Source of the DNA: Lingula anatina | Lineage: Eukaryota; Animalia; Brachiopoda | NCBI GenBank assembly: GCA_051362555.1 | Contig: CM120647.1 | Coordinates: 17,770,651 to 17,834,650, forward strand | DNA length: 64,000 nucleotides | Reading direction: 5' to 3' | Part shown: piece by piece, positions 24,142 to 37,174 of the stretch | Layout of the letters: every line of letters begins with the position of its first letter | Position numbering within the stretch: the stretch's first letter is position 1 | Notes under the pieces: model-generated | Database searches by the model: none | What the model was told of the DNA's origin: nothing | The model's input: the letters and a program-made list of their open reading frames with translations, nothing else | Translations under genes and position numbers: made by a program

Positions 24142-27100
24142 TAGACCTCCAGGATATACTCTAATATAGCCCTGGTCTGGGTCTCTCTCCTTATACCGCA
24201 GGAAAATGGACGGTCGTTTGCCTTCGGTGCGAAGTTGACGACCAAGCAGAGGTTCCACCTCGTCCAATTCGCGCTCCTCGTTCTCTGCAAGAAAAAAACC
24301 TGCAACATGAAGGAGCAGTGTTAGACGGCTGTGATAAGAGAGAAAGCGCCAGGGAAATTTGAGACATAAAGCCATGAAAATAAATAACGTTACAAAAGTG
24401 AATAAACTATTACAAAAGTGAATGAGAAAGAAGACACACAAAGCATTACATTAGTCCTCCTTTTAGTCAAATGCAAGTGTAATTAAAGACACATTTTAGT
24501 GTTGTCAGTATAAGGAAATAACAGAATCTGAACTGCTAAAAACAGAAAAATAAATTCAAGAAAGTCAACGCTATGTTATCTTGAGCTATAAGATAAACAG
24601 ATCCACAAAAGTTACCAGTCTTTTAGTTGGGGCTAATTCAAGGTCATTTGTGACACTATATTTTCTGTGCTCTGATCAAAATTCAATTTTTACCTTTTTC
24701 CACAGCCTCTGCTATGTAATAATTCTGTGGATCATCTGATATGTGGAATGTTCTTAAAGCAGCTTCCTGGAAAACAAAATAATACATTGAAATGCTATAT
24801 GATCTGTTTAGGAGCAGAAATCTGAGGTATATTTATGAAGGGGGCCTTCAGTTTCGGCTTCCTTTGCAGGTTGGAGTGATGCCAGCAGATGCTGACTGCT
24901 GGTCCTGATGGCAAAGAATTTGCCTCATTTAACACTCAATCTGTCCTAGAATATAATCTTTTTCTCTTGTAACGAAAAATTTTCTTAATCTGTTCTATGA
25001 CATTCTGAAGGACTTCCTAAAAACAGTCCTCCAACTGTTATATTCATTACAGAACAACATTAGAACTGTAAAACAAGGCAGCAAAGCTGTCAAATGTACA
25101 GACAAAAAACAGAAAATAAAGATGCAAAATAGGTCATTTTGTCAATTTTGATGCAATAATAAATAATGCTTATAATAGCACTGTCAGTCAACACTGAATT
25201 TTAATCATGCACAACAGGTAAAATGGTCAATAACATGAGCGGACCCAGAGATATTTTCTGACAGTATTCCAAAGTATCTATTTTGATCCATCCTCCATTT
25301 TGATGGTCTTCCAACAGAAGAAAAAATAGATACCAGGCAATATAAACTTAATAACCTGACTGTCTTCCGGAAGTCCCAGAAGATGGTCTCAATCTACCCT
25401 TTCAATAAGATTACAGTTTCAGGACCATGAGAGTTCAAATTCACATGATGTAAGTCTCAATATTTGAAAAATGATGACAGTGCATAAAATAATATTACAT
25501 AAGTAACATAATGTTTAAAGACATAAAAAACAATACAACTGCTTATGTGGAAAAACAGAAATGTCAGAGTCTCAGGCGGATGAGAGTTTAAAGTCACAAA
25601 TGCAAGTGTTTGAGAAAAAATTATAAAGGAAAACAACAAAACTAGAAAAGCACTCCGAGAGTGCAGACCTCTGCCAAGGTAGCAATTGTTGATTATTATT
25701 GATTTTTGTCCTCTTTGGCCCACTTCTGACAGTTCCTGAAAATTTCAGCAAAATCAGTCCATAACTTTTTGAGTTATGTTGATGACAAACAGGGGTGAAA
25801 ATATAACCTCCTTGGCAGAGGTAAATATAATTCCAATGAAGCTGCTATTCAAACTTTTAATCTTTCAGTTTGATATATATATATATATACACTTATTTGC
25901 AATATTAAACAAAATTTACCTGCATAATTATCACTGCTTCCTTATTATTAATCTAGCAGAGAGCTTAACCTATGGGAGTTTACAGGGAAATATCAACAAG
26001 TGTGCTTTATGTAATCTCAAATCACAAGTGTGCTTTATGTAGCCTATCAATTAGGCAAATTACTTTATAACTGAAATTAGCGAAGTGATACCCAAGGGAA
26101 ATTTATAGACTGACCCTCTCAAAGGTCTTTCAGGCCCATAAGTCACAACTTAAGAAGAGCACAAAACAATAATGCACAAAATAGGAGACTACCACTTCTG
26201 ATGCAATAATACATTATGTTTAACTGCACAGTCAATATCAAATTTTAATTTTGCACAACAGGTAACACCGATGAGAGTAAAAGCATAAGGCTTCAGGCCC
26301 ATCAGAGTTCAAGTTTATACTTAGAAAGTGCCAGAATGAGAAAAATGAAATTTCACACAAAATTGCATTAAATTCAATAATAAATGATAACCCAATTGAC
26401 CTGGCTTTCTAATTTGAACTGCATGCCAATCCTAAAAATCATACTCTTAAGTTAAATATAATAATAAATAACACAGTTTTCTTTTCATAATGTTTGCAGT
26501 AGCAGTGCAAAAAGATTATTGTCAATTTTGATGTAACATTACATAATAAATTATAGAATAATTATCACCAATTTTTGATTATTGACTATAAATAGCATGA
26601 ACATGTAGAAAATTTGATTACCATCCGGCTTCATGTCCATGGGAGCTCCGAGTCCCACAATGAATATGCCAAAAAGATAATGAATATTTCACTAAAATGA
26701 ATAACTTCCAGAAAAAGAAGCCCATTAGACTGCTTTTCCAACTTGGGCTGCATTTTAGTCCTGTGTTTCTTTTTTGAAAGTTTGACAATCATAACGAACA
26801 CGGTTTTCCCATCATGGTCATCATGGCAGATGTGGATGATTGAATCTGACAAACTGCAATGATATGAGTTTATTTCCGTTTTGGACACTTGATTACACAA
26901 TACATGATAACAAGTTTACCATCATTTTTACATAATCAACTAACAATGTTGTAAAGATGCAGGAAATATCAAACACACACTTTTACGTATCTTATTAGTT
27001 CAATAATGAGACTGTTAACATGCCTAAGAATTGAATCTGAGGAAATTTGAAAAAACAGTACAACTTCTAAAATAATGGCCCGATAACACTGATTTTCGAA

Positions 27101-28720
27101 CTCAACCTGCATTTTTGTAAGATTGACCACTCCTGTGAGTATAATGACAATTGGCTAAGCTGTTTTTCTTATATTGTGTTATTAATGTTGCATATATGTT
27201 GAAAAAAGTGAAAAAACAGCATAAAAAAAATTAAAAGAAAATGTAAAATAAAACATGACAAAAAATACCAATAAAGCTGCTATTCAAACTTTTAATCTAG
27301 CTGTACAATTACTAACATGATATGAATAACCCTATTGAGTTTGAGAATAATAAGGCACTGTTATTCATCTTTAGCATTAATGTAAGCGTTACACAAATTT
27401 TTTTTTGTAAACTTATTTTCCATATTAAATAACATTTACCTGCATAATAATCATCGATTCCTAATTATGTGACACAGTTAAGAAAGCTAAACCGATGGGA
27501 CTTTACAATGAAATCTCAATGTGTGTTTATGTAATCTCATTTAATACCCACTTGAAAATTAATTAAGCAAATTATTTTATAACCCTGAAATAACTTGAAA
27601 ATCAATTAAGCAAATTATTTTATAACCCTGAATTAACTGCCTACTATCCATATACATTTATTGCACCAAATAGCACTGTACTGCATTGCTTTCAAAACAG
27701 AAAACAATTACGATGGTTTTCCAACACAAGCTGCACTTCACTCTTTTCAGTAAGGTTGATTATCATAAGTAAAATGGTTTTCCCTTAATCGCTATCCTGG
27801 CAGCAGTGTCCAAAATAGGGTTTTCTTTAACTTTCATGCAATATAACATAATACTTAACAGCATAATGACCATCAAATTTTTTATAAAACAAGGCAGCAA
27901 AGCTGTCAAATGTACAGACAAAAAACAGAAAATAAAGATGCAAAAAAGGTCATTTTGTCAATTTTGATGCAATAATAAATAATGCTTATAATAGCACTGT
28001 CAGTCAACACTTAATTTTAATCTTGCACAACAGGTAACATGGTCAATAACAGGAGCGGACCCAGAGATATTTTCTGACAGTATTACAAAGTATCTATGTT
28101 GATCCATCCTCCATTTTGATGGTCTTCCAACAGAAAAAAATAGATACCAGTCAATATAAACTTAATAACCTGTCTTCAGGAAGACCCAGAAGATGGTCCA
28201 CCCCTTCAATAAAATTACAGTTTCAGGACCATGAGAGTTCAAATTCACATTATGAAACTCTCAATATTTGAAAAATGATGACAGTGCATAAAATAATATT
28301 ACATAATGTTTAAAGACATAAAAAACAATACAACTGCTTATGTGGAAATACAGAAAATGTGCAAAGCCCCAGGCAGATGAGAGTTAAAAGTCACAAATGC
28401 AAGTGTTTGAGAAAAAATTATAAAGGAAAACATAACAAAGCTAGAAAAGCACTTTGAGAGTGCAGACCTCTGCCAAGGCAGCAATTGTTGATTATTATTG
28501 ATAATTGATTGATTATTGTTCCAGACCACCACCAAAAATTAATCATTGTCCTCTTTGGCCCACTTCCGACAGTTCCTGAAAATTTCTGCAAAATCAGTCC
28601 ATAACTTTTTGTGTTATGTGGATGACAGACAAACGGGGGTGAAAATATGACCTCTTTGGCAGAGCTTGAGGTAAATATAATTCCAATGAAGATGCTATTC
28701 AAACTTTTAATCTTCCAGTT

Positions 28721-28780
<60 letters not shown>

Positions 28781-30410
28781 TAAAACTTATTTGCAATATT
28801 AAACAAAATTTACCTGCATAATTATCACTGCTTCCTTATTATTAATCTAGCAGAGAGCTTTACCTTTGGGAGTTTACAGGGAAATATCAACAAGTGTGCT
28901 TTATGTAATCTCATTTAATGGCCTATTAAGGCAAATGACTTTATAACTCTGAAATTAATTTAGTGATACCCAAGGGTAATTTACAGACTGACCCACTCAA
29001 AGGTCTTTAGGCCCATAAGTCACACTTTAAGAAAAGCACAAAACCATAATGCCCAAAATAGGAGACTACCAATCCTGATGCAATAATACATTATGTTTAA
29101 CTGCACAGTCAACATCAACTTATGCACAACAGGTAACACAGACGAAATTAAAAGCATAAGGCTTCAGGCCCATCGGAGTTCAAGTTTATACTTAGAAAGT
29201 GCCAGAATGAGAAAAATGAAAATTTCACAAAAAATGCATAAATTCAATAAAAATGATAATCCAATAGAGCTGGTTTTCTCATATGAGCTGAAGGCCAATC
29301 CTAAAAATCGTATTTGTAAGTTAAAAATGATAATAAGTAGCACAGTTTTCTTTTCATAATGTTTGCAGTAGCAGTGCAAAAAGATTGTTGTCAATTTTGA
29401 TGTAACATTACATAATAAATTAGAGAATAATTATCACCAATTTTTGTTTATTGACTATAAATAGGATGGACATGTAGAAAATATGATTACCATTCGGCTT
29501 CATGTTCATGGGAGCTCTGAGTCCCACAATGAATATGCCAAAAAGATAATGAATATTACACTAAAATGTATAGCTTCCAGAAAAAGAAGCCAATTAGACT
29601 GCTTTTCCAACTCAGGCTGCATTTTAGTCCTGTGTTTCTTTTTTGAAAGTTTGACAGTCATAAGTAACACAGTTTTCCCATAACGGTCATCAAGGCAGCA
29701 GCACCCAAAATTGTGTTTTCTTCTATTTTGATGCAACATTACATAATGCTTAACGGCATAATGACCATCGATTTTTAATAATAAAATATAAGTGTCATGA
29801 ATTTTCAGAAAATGTGACTAGCATGGGTCTTCAAGCCCGTGGAGGTTCTAAGTCACACCTTGGAAATGCCAATATGTGAAAAATTACATTTTCACAAAAA
29901 ACTGTTTAATTGCCAGAAAAATTTACCAAACAGACTGCATTGCCTACTGAAGCTGTATTTTAGACCCATGTTTCTTTCCTGTAAGTTTGAGAACAGTAAT
30001 TGACACGATTTTTCTTAAATGGTCATCATGGGAGCAGTGCCCAAAACAGGGGTTTCTTCAAATTTTGATGCAACATTACATAATGTTTAACAGCATAATG
30101 ACCATCAATTTTTAATTATAAAATATTAGTATAACGCATATTCAGAAAATGTGACAAGCAAAGGTCTTCAGGATCATGGAACTTCAAAGTCATACATTGA
30201 AAATGCCAATATGTGAAAAATTAAATTTTCACAAAAAAACTGCTTAACTACCAGAAAAATTTACCAAACAGACTGCATTGCCTACTGAAGCTGTATTTTA
30301 GTCCCATGTTTCTTTCCTGTAAGTTTGAGAACAGTAAGTGACATGACTTTCCTTAAATGGTCATCATGGGAGCAGTGCCCAAAATAGGGGTTTCTTCAAA
30401 TTTTGATGCA

Positions 30411-30445
<35 letters not shown>

Positions 30446-33400
30446 TCAGTAGCAAATAAATATATAATCTTACATTTTTACATTTTTTGACTTATGAATC
30501 GCACACAAACACCCCCCCCCACACACACACATTTACATACTTTCTCTCTCAGTAAAAAAAAAGGTTGTACAGTTACAGTATTGCATAAACGGGTAGAGAT
30601 TGACAGTTCATGTTGTTAACATTACAATTGAATTCTAAGAGATATATCATCAGCTGGTTGCTTGTCAATTAAGTTGTAATATGCGATCAATATTTTCCCA
30701 TTTTCTTTTAACATGTTGTTGTTTTTGGTCGGTATACATATATAAAGAATATAAACAAATATTTCTGTAATAATTAACGTATTGTCTGGTTCCTTCCCAT
30801 GTTGGGATTTCTGTTTTCGTTCTACATAAACTAATATATTTCTATAGTATCATGGATATTCAGAAAATGTGACTAGCAAAGGTCTTCAAGCCCGTGGAGG
30901 TTCTAAGTCACACCTTGAAAATGCCAATAAATGAATAATTAAATTTTCACAAAAAACTGTTTAATTGCCAGAAAAATTTACCAAACGGATTGCATTGCCT
31001 ACTGAAGCTATATTTTAGTCCCATGTTTCTTTCCTGTAAGTTTGAGAACAGTGAGTGATATGATTTTCCTTAAATGATCATCATGGGAACAGTGCCCAAA
31101 ATAGGGGTTTCTTCAAATTTTGATGCAATATTACATAATGTTTTACAGCATAATGACCATCAATTTTTAATCATAAAATATTAGTATCATGGATATTCAG
31201 AAAATGTGACTAGCAAAGTTCTGCAGGCTCATGGAACTTCAAAGTCACATCTTAAAAATGCCAAACTGTAAAAAAGACAGCACTGTTCTGAAATGGGTTT
31301 ATTTCCATTTTAACACTTTTTAAACAAAACAAAATGAACAGTATACTTCCATTTTTATATGACCAACTAAGAAAATTGATGAGATGGGAAAAATATCAAT
31401 AGAACAGTGTTAAATGTCCAATTTCCTCCATTCTGAGATTCTGAACATAGTTGATGATTGAATCTAACAAACTGCAATATGATATGATATGAGTTTATTT
31501 CCATTTTTGACACTTTATTACACAATACACGATATCAAGTTTACCATCATTTTTACATAATCAACTAACAATGTTGTAAAGATGCAGGAAATATCAAACA
31601 AACACTTTTACGTATCTTATTAGTTAAATAATGAGACTGTTAACATGCTTAAGAATTGAATCTGAGGAAATGTGAAAAAAACAGCATAACTTTTAAAATA
31701 ATGGCCAGATTATGCTGATTTTCCAACTCAACCTGCATTTTAGTAAGATTGACCACTCCTGTAAGTATAATGACAATTGGCCTATCTGTTTTTCTTATAT
31801 AGTGTTATCAGTGTTGCATATATGTTGAAAAAAGTGAAAAAATAGCATAACTCCCCTAAAAATGGCTTGATCATGCTGATTTTTGAACTTGATCTGCGGA
31901 TTATGAATCTTCATCAGTTTTGTAAGTTTGAAGCCAAAAAGTAAAGCTGTTTTCCACTTATAGTGTTATCGGTGCTGCATATATGCTGAAAAAAGTAAAA
32001 CAAGGCAGCAAAGCTGTCAAATGTACAGACAAAAAACAGGAAATAACTATGCACAAAATAGGCTACTGTCAATTCTGATGCAAAAATACATTATGTTAAA
32101 CTGCAAATTCAACATCAAATTTTAATTATCCTCAACAGGTAATACCAATGTAATTAAAATATGTGACAAGTTTACACTTTGAAAATGCATAACTTCCAGA
32201 AAAAGAAGTTCCTTAGACTGCTTTTCCAACTCAGACTGCATTTTAGTCCCGTATTTCTTTTTTGAAAGTTTGGCAATCATAAGTAACATGGTTTTCCCAT
32301 AATGGTCATCATGGCAGCAGCACCCAAAATTGTGTTTTCTTCTATTCTGATGCAATATTACATAATGGTTAACAGCATAATAACTCAATTTTAATAATAA
32401 AATATACGTATCATGGATTTTCTGAAAATGTGACTAGCATGGGTCTTCAAGCCCGTGGAACTTCAAAGTCACACCTTGAAAATGCCAATATGTGAAAAAT
32501 TAAATTTTCACAAAATAACTGTTTAACTGGCAGCAAGAATTATCAAACAGACTGTATTTCCTACTGAAGCTGTATTTTAGTCCCATGTTTCTTTCCTGTA
32601 AGTTTGAGAACAGTAAATGACATGTTTTTTCTTAAATGGTCATCATGGGAGCAGTGCCCAAAATAGTTTTTTTTTCAAATTTTGATGCAATATTACATAA
32701 TGTTTAACAGTATAATGACCATCAACTTTAATAATAAAATATTAGTATTATGGATATTCAGAAAATGTGACTAGCAAAGGTCTTCAGGCCCATGGAACTT
32801 CAAAGTCACAACTTGAAAATGCCAAAATGTAAACAAGACAGCACTGTTCTGAAATGTTTTTTTTTTTTCCATTTTTAACAATTATCAACATAAAACAAAA
32901 TTATCAGTTTTCTGCCGTTTTTATATGATAAACTAAGAAAATTGATGAGATGGGAAAAATATCAACAGAGCAGTGTTAAATGTCCAATCTCTTCCATTCT
33001 GAGATTCTGAACATAGTGAATGATTGAATCTGACAAACTGCAATGATATGAGTTTATTTCCATTTTTGAAACTTTATTACACAATACACGATAACAAGTT
33101 TACCATCATTTTTACATAATCAGCTAATAATGTTGTAAAATTGCAGGAAATGCCAAACAAACACTTTTACGTATCTTATTAGTTCAATAATGAAACTGTT
33201 TACATGCCTAAGAATTAAATCTGAGGAAATGTGAAAAAACTGCATTTCTTTAAAATAATGGCCCGATTACGCTGATTTTTGAACTCAACCTGCGTTTTAG
33301 CAGGAATGACCACTCCTGTGAGTTTAATGACAATTGGCCTATCTGTTTTTCTTATATTGTGTTTACAGTGTTGCATATATGCTGAAAAGTGAAAAAAAAA

Positions 33401-36400
33401 AGCATAACTACTAAAATAGTGGCCCGATCATGCCGATTTTCGAACTTGACCTGCATTTTGTGAATATTCATCAGCTCTGTAAATATACAGCCAAAAAGTA
33501 AAACTGCCTTCCACTTATCGTGTTTACAATGAAAGTGCATGGTGCCGGCGACAGCGACAGTGACGGCAACGACAGACGCAGGTGATGGCAATATGTACAG
33601 ACACATCTGTACATATTAACTGTACTGTTTGAGAACAGTAAGTGACATGGTTTTTCTTAAATGGTCATCATGGGAGCAGTGCCCAAAATAGTTTTTTTTC
33701 AAATTTTGATGCAATATTACATAATGTTTAACAGCATAATGATCATCAATTTTTAATAATAAAATATTAGTATCATGGACAAATAGTAAACGTGACTAAC
33801 AAAGGTTTTTAGGCCGATGGAACTTCAAAGTCACACCTTCAAAATGCCAAAATGTAAACAAGACTGCACTGTTCTGAAATGGGTTTATTTCCATTTTTAA
33901 CACTTTTTTAACATAAAACAAAATTAATAGGTTACTGCCATTTTTATAAGATCAACTAAGAAAATTGATGAGATGTGAAAAATATCAATAGAACAGTGTT
34001 AAATGTCCAATTTCTTAGATTCTGAGATTCTGAACATAGTGAATGATTGAATCTGACAAACTGCAATGATATGAGTTTATTTCCATTTTTGACACTTTAT
34101 TACACAATACACGATAACAAGTTTACCATCATTTTTACATAATCAACTAACAATGTTGTAAAGATGCAGGAAATGTCAAACAAACACTTTTACGTATCTT
34201 ATTACTTAAATAATAAGGCTATTAGTATTAACATGCCTAAGAATTAAATCTGAGGAAATCTGAGGAAATGTGAAAAAACAGCATAACTTCTAAAATAATG
34301 CCCCGATTATGCTGATTTTCGAACTCAACCTGCGTTCTAGTAAGACTGACCATTCCTGTGAGTTTAATGACAATTGGGCTTACTGTTTTTCTTATATTGT
34401 GTTTACAGTGTTGCATATATGCTGAACAATGAAAAAAACGCATAACTACTAAAATAGTGGCCCGATCATGCCGATTTTCGAACTTGACCTGCGTTTTAGT
34501 AAGATTGATTATTCCTGTGAGTGTCATGACAACAGGCCTAACGGTTTTCCTTAAAATGTGTTTACAAGGTTGCATATATGCTGAAAAGTGAAAAAACAGC
34601 ATAACTTCTATAATAATGGCCCGATCATGCTGATTTTCGAACTTGACCTGCGTTTTATGAATATTCATCAGCTCTGTAAATATAAAGCCAAAAAGTAAAA
34701 CTGCCTTCCACTTATCGTGTTTACAAGGAAAGTGCACGGCGACGGCATCGGCATCGGCATCGCCATCGGCGACGGCGACGACAGACGCAGGTGATGGCAA
34801 TATGTACAGACACATCTGTGTCTGTACATAAAAAAACAGCATAACTTCCCTACAAGTCACCCGATCATGCTGATTTTCGAACTTGACCTGCGTATTATAA
34901 ATATTTATCAGTTCTCTAAGTTTCAAGCCAAAAGCCAAAACGGTTTTCCAGTTATCATGTTATTGGTGCAGTATATATATGCTGAAAAAAGAGAAAAAAT
35001 AGCCTAAATTCACTAAAAAATGACCCAATCATGCCGATTTTCGAACTTGACCTGGGTATTATGAATATTTATCAGTTCTGTAAGTTTGAAGCCAAAAAGT
35101 AAAATGGTTTTCCACTTATCATGTTATCAGTGCTGCATTTATGCTGAAAAAAGAGAAAAAATAGCCTAAATTCATTAAAAATGACCCAATCACGCTGATT
35201 TTCGAACTTGACCTGCGTATTATGAATATTCATCAGTTCTGTAAGTTTCAAGCCAAAAAGTAAAACAGTTTTCCACTTATCGTGTTATCGGTGCTTCATT
35301 TATGCTGAAAAAAGTGAAAAAACAGCATAAATTCCCTATAAGTGACCCGATCATGCTGATTTTCGAACTTGACCTGCGTATTATAAATATTCATTAGTTC
35401 TGTAAGTTTCAAGCCAAAAGAAAAAACAGTTTTCCACTTATCGTGTTATCGGTAAAAGTGCACGGCGACGGCGACGGCGACGACAGACGCAGATGATGGC
35501 TATATGTACAGACACATCTGTGTCTGTACATAAAAATAAAAGTATCATGGATATTCAGAAAATGTGATATGGAAAGGTCTCCAAGGACATGGAAGTTAGG
35601 GTCACACTTTCAAAATGCCAAAATGTTAACAAGAGATAACTGTACTGAAATGATTTTCTTTCCATTTTCAACACCTTTTTTACATAAAACCATCATCAAT
35701 TAACTGTCATTTTTAAATGATCAACTAGGAAAATTGTTGACATAGGAAAAATATCAATAGAACAATTTATAATGTCCAATTAGCTCCATTTGGAGATTCT
35801 GAACATAGTGAATGATTGAATCTGACGAACTGCAATGATGAGTTCCTTTCCATTTTTGATACTTTATTACACAATGCAGGATAATAGGTTTACCGTCATT
35901 TTTATATAATCAACTAACAATATTGTTAAGAAGCAGAAAATGTTAAAAAAACACTTTAACATATCCAATTAGTACCATTATGAGACTGTTAACATGCTTA
36001 AGAATTAAATCTGAAGAAAAACCACTTATATACAAAAAGGCTAATAACTTCATCAAAACTTAACTGATCAAGCTTATTTTCAAACTTGATCTGTATACTG
36101 GTCAGATTGATCACTCCTGTGAGTTGCAAGACAAAAGGCTGATTGGTTTTCCTTAAAATGCGTTATCAGTGTTGCATGTATGCTGAATAAAGGGAAAAAA
36201 ACAGCATTACTTTTGTAAAAATAGTCCAATCATGCCAATTTTCAAACTTGACCTGCGTATAATAAATATTCACCAGTTCTGTAAATTTCAATCCAAGGAA
36301 AGGAAAAACATTTTTACACTTATCATGTTATCGGTGTTATAAAAGTGCTGAAAAAATTGAAAAAAAAAACAGGATAACTTCCATAAAAATTGCCCGATCT

Positions 36401-37143
36401 TGAACTTGACCTGCGTATTATGAATATTCATTAGTTCTGTAAGTTTCAAGCCAAATGAAAAAACAGTTTTCCACTTATTGTGTTATCAGTGCTGCATATA
36501 TGCTGAAAAAAGTGAAAAAACAGCATAAATTCCCTAACAATAATTGAATCATGCTGATTTTCGAACTTGACTTGCGTATTATGAATATTTATCAGTTCTA
36601 CAAGTTTCAAGCCAAAAGGTAAATTGGTTTTCCACTTATGGTGTTATCGGTGCTGCATATATGCTGAAAAATAGTGAAAAAACAGCATAAATTCCCTAAA
36701 AATGACCCAATCATGCTGATTTTCGAACTTGACCTGTGTATTATGAATATTAATCAGTTTTGTAAGTTTCAAGCCAAAAGGTAGGATGGTTTTCCACTTA
36801 TCGTGTTATCGGGGTTGCATATATGCTGAAAAAAGTGAAAAACCAGCATAAATTCCCTAAAAATGACCCGATCATGCTGATTTTCGAACTTGACCTGCGT
36901 ATTATGAATATTCATCAGTTTTGTAAGTTTCAAGTCAAAAGGTAAAATGGTTTTCCACTTATCGTGTTATCAGTGCTGCATATATGCTGAAAAAAGTGAA
37001 AAAACAGCATAAATTCCCTAAAAGTGACCCGATCAAGCTGATTTTCGAACTTGACCTGCGTATTATGAATATTCATCAGTTCTGTAAGTTTCATACCAAA
37101 AGAAAAAACAGTTTTCCATTTATCGTGTTATCGGTAAAAGTGC

Positions 37144-37174
<31 letters not shown>

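Larger units (their letters stand above)
27886..35536 (-). mobile_element. HINE family 1, middle nested copy
   Basis: Same termini as the outer copy; the host unit interrupted at ...ATAAAA (27886) resumes as TAAAAGTATCATGGATATTCAG at 35537. Confidence 0.8.

Noticed and set aside
24862-24916. Hairpin CCAGCAG/CTGCTGG upstream of the DGK exon 8 acceptor
   Set aside because: No H/ACA or C/D boxes on the transcribed strand; not enough support for an ncRNA call.
34237-34938. 233-aa ORF, and similar ORFs at 33352, 36984 and 52839-53233
   Set aside because: Translations of the 161-bp satellite and GGCGAC microsatellite of the HINE; no Rep/helicase motifs.
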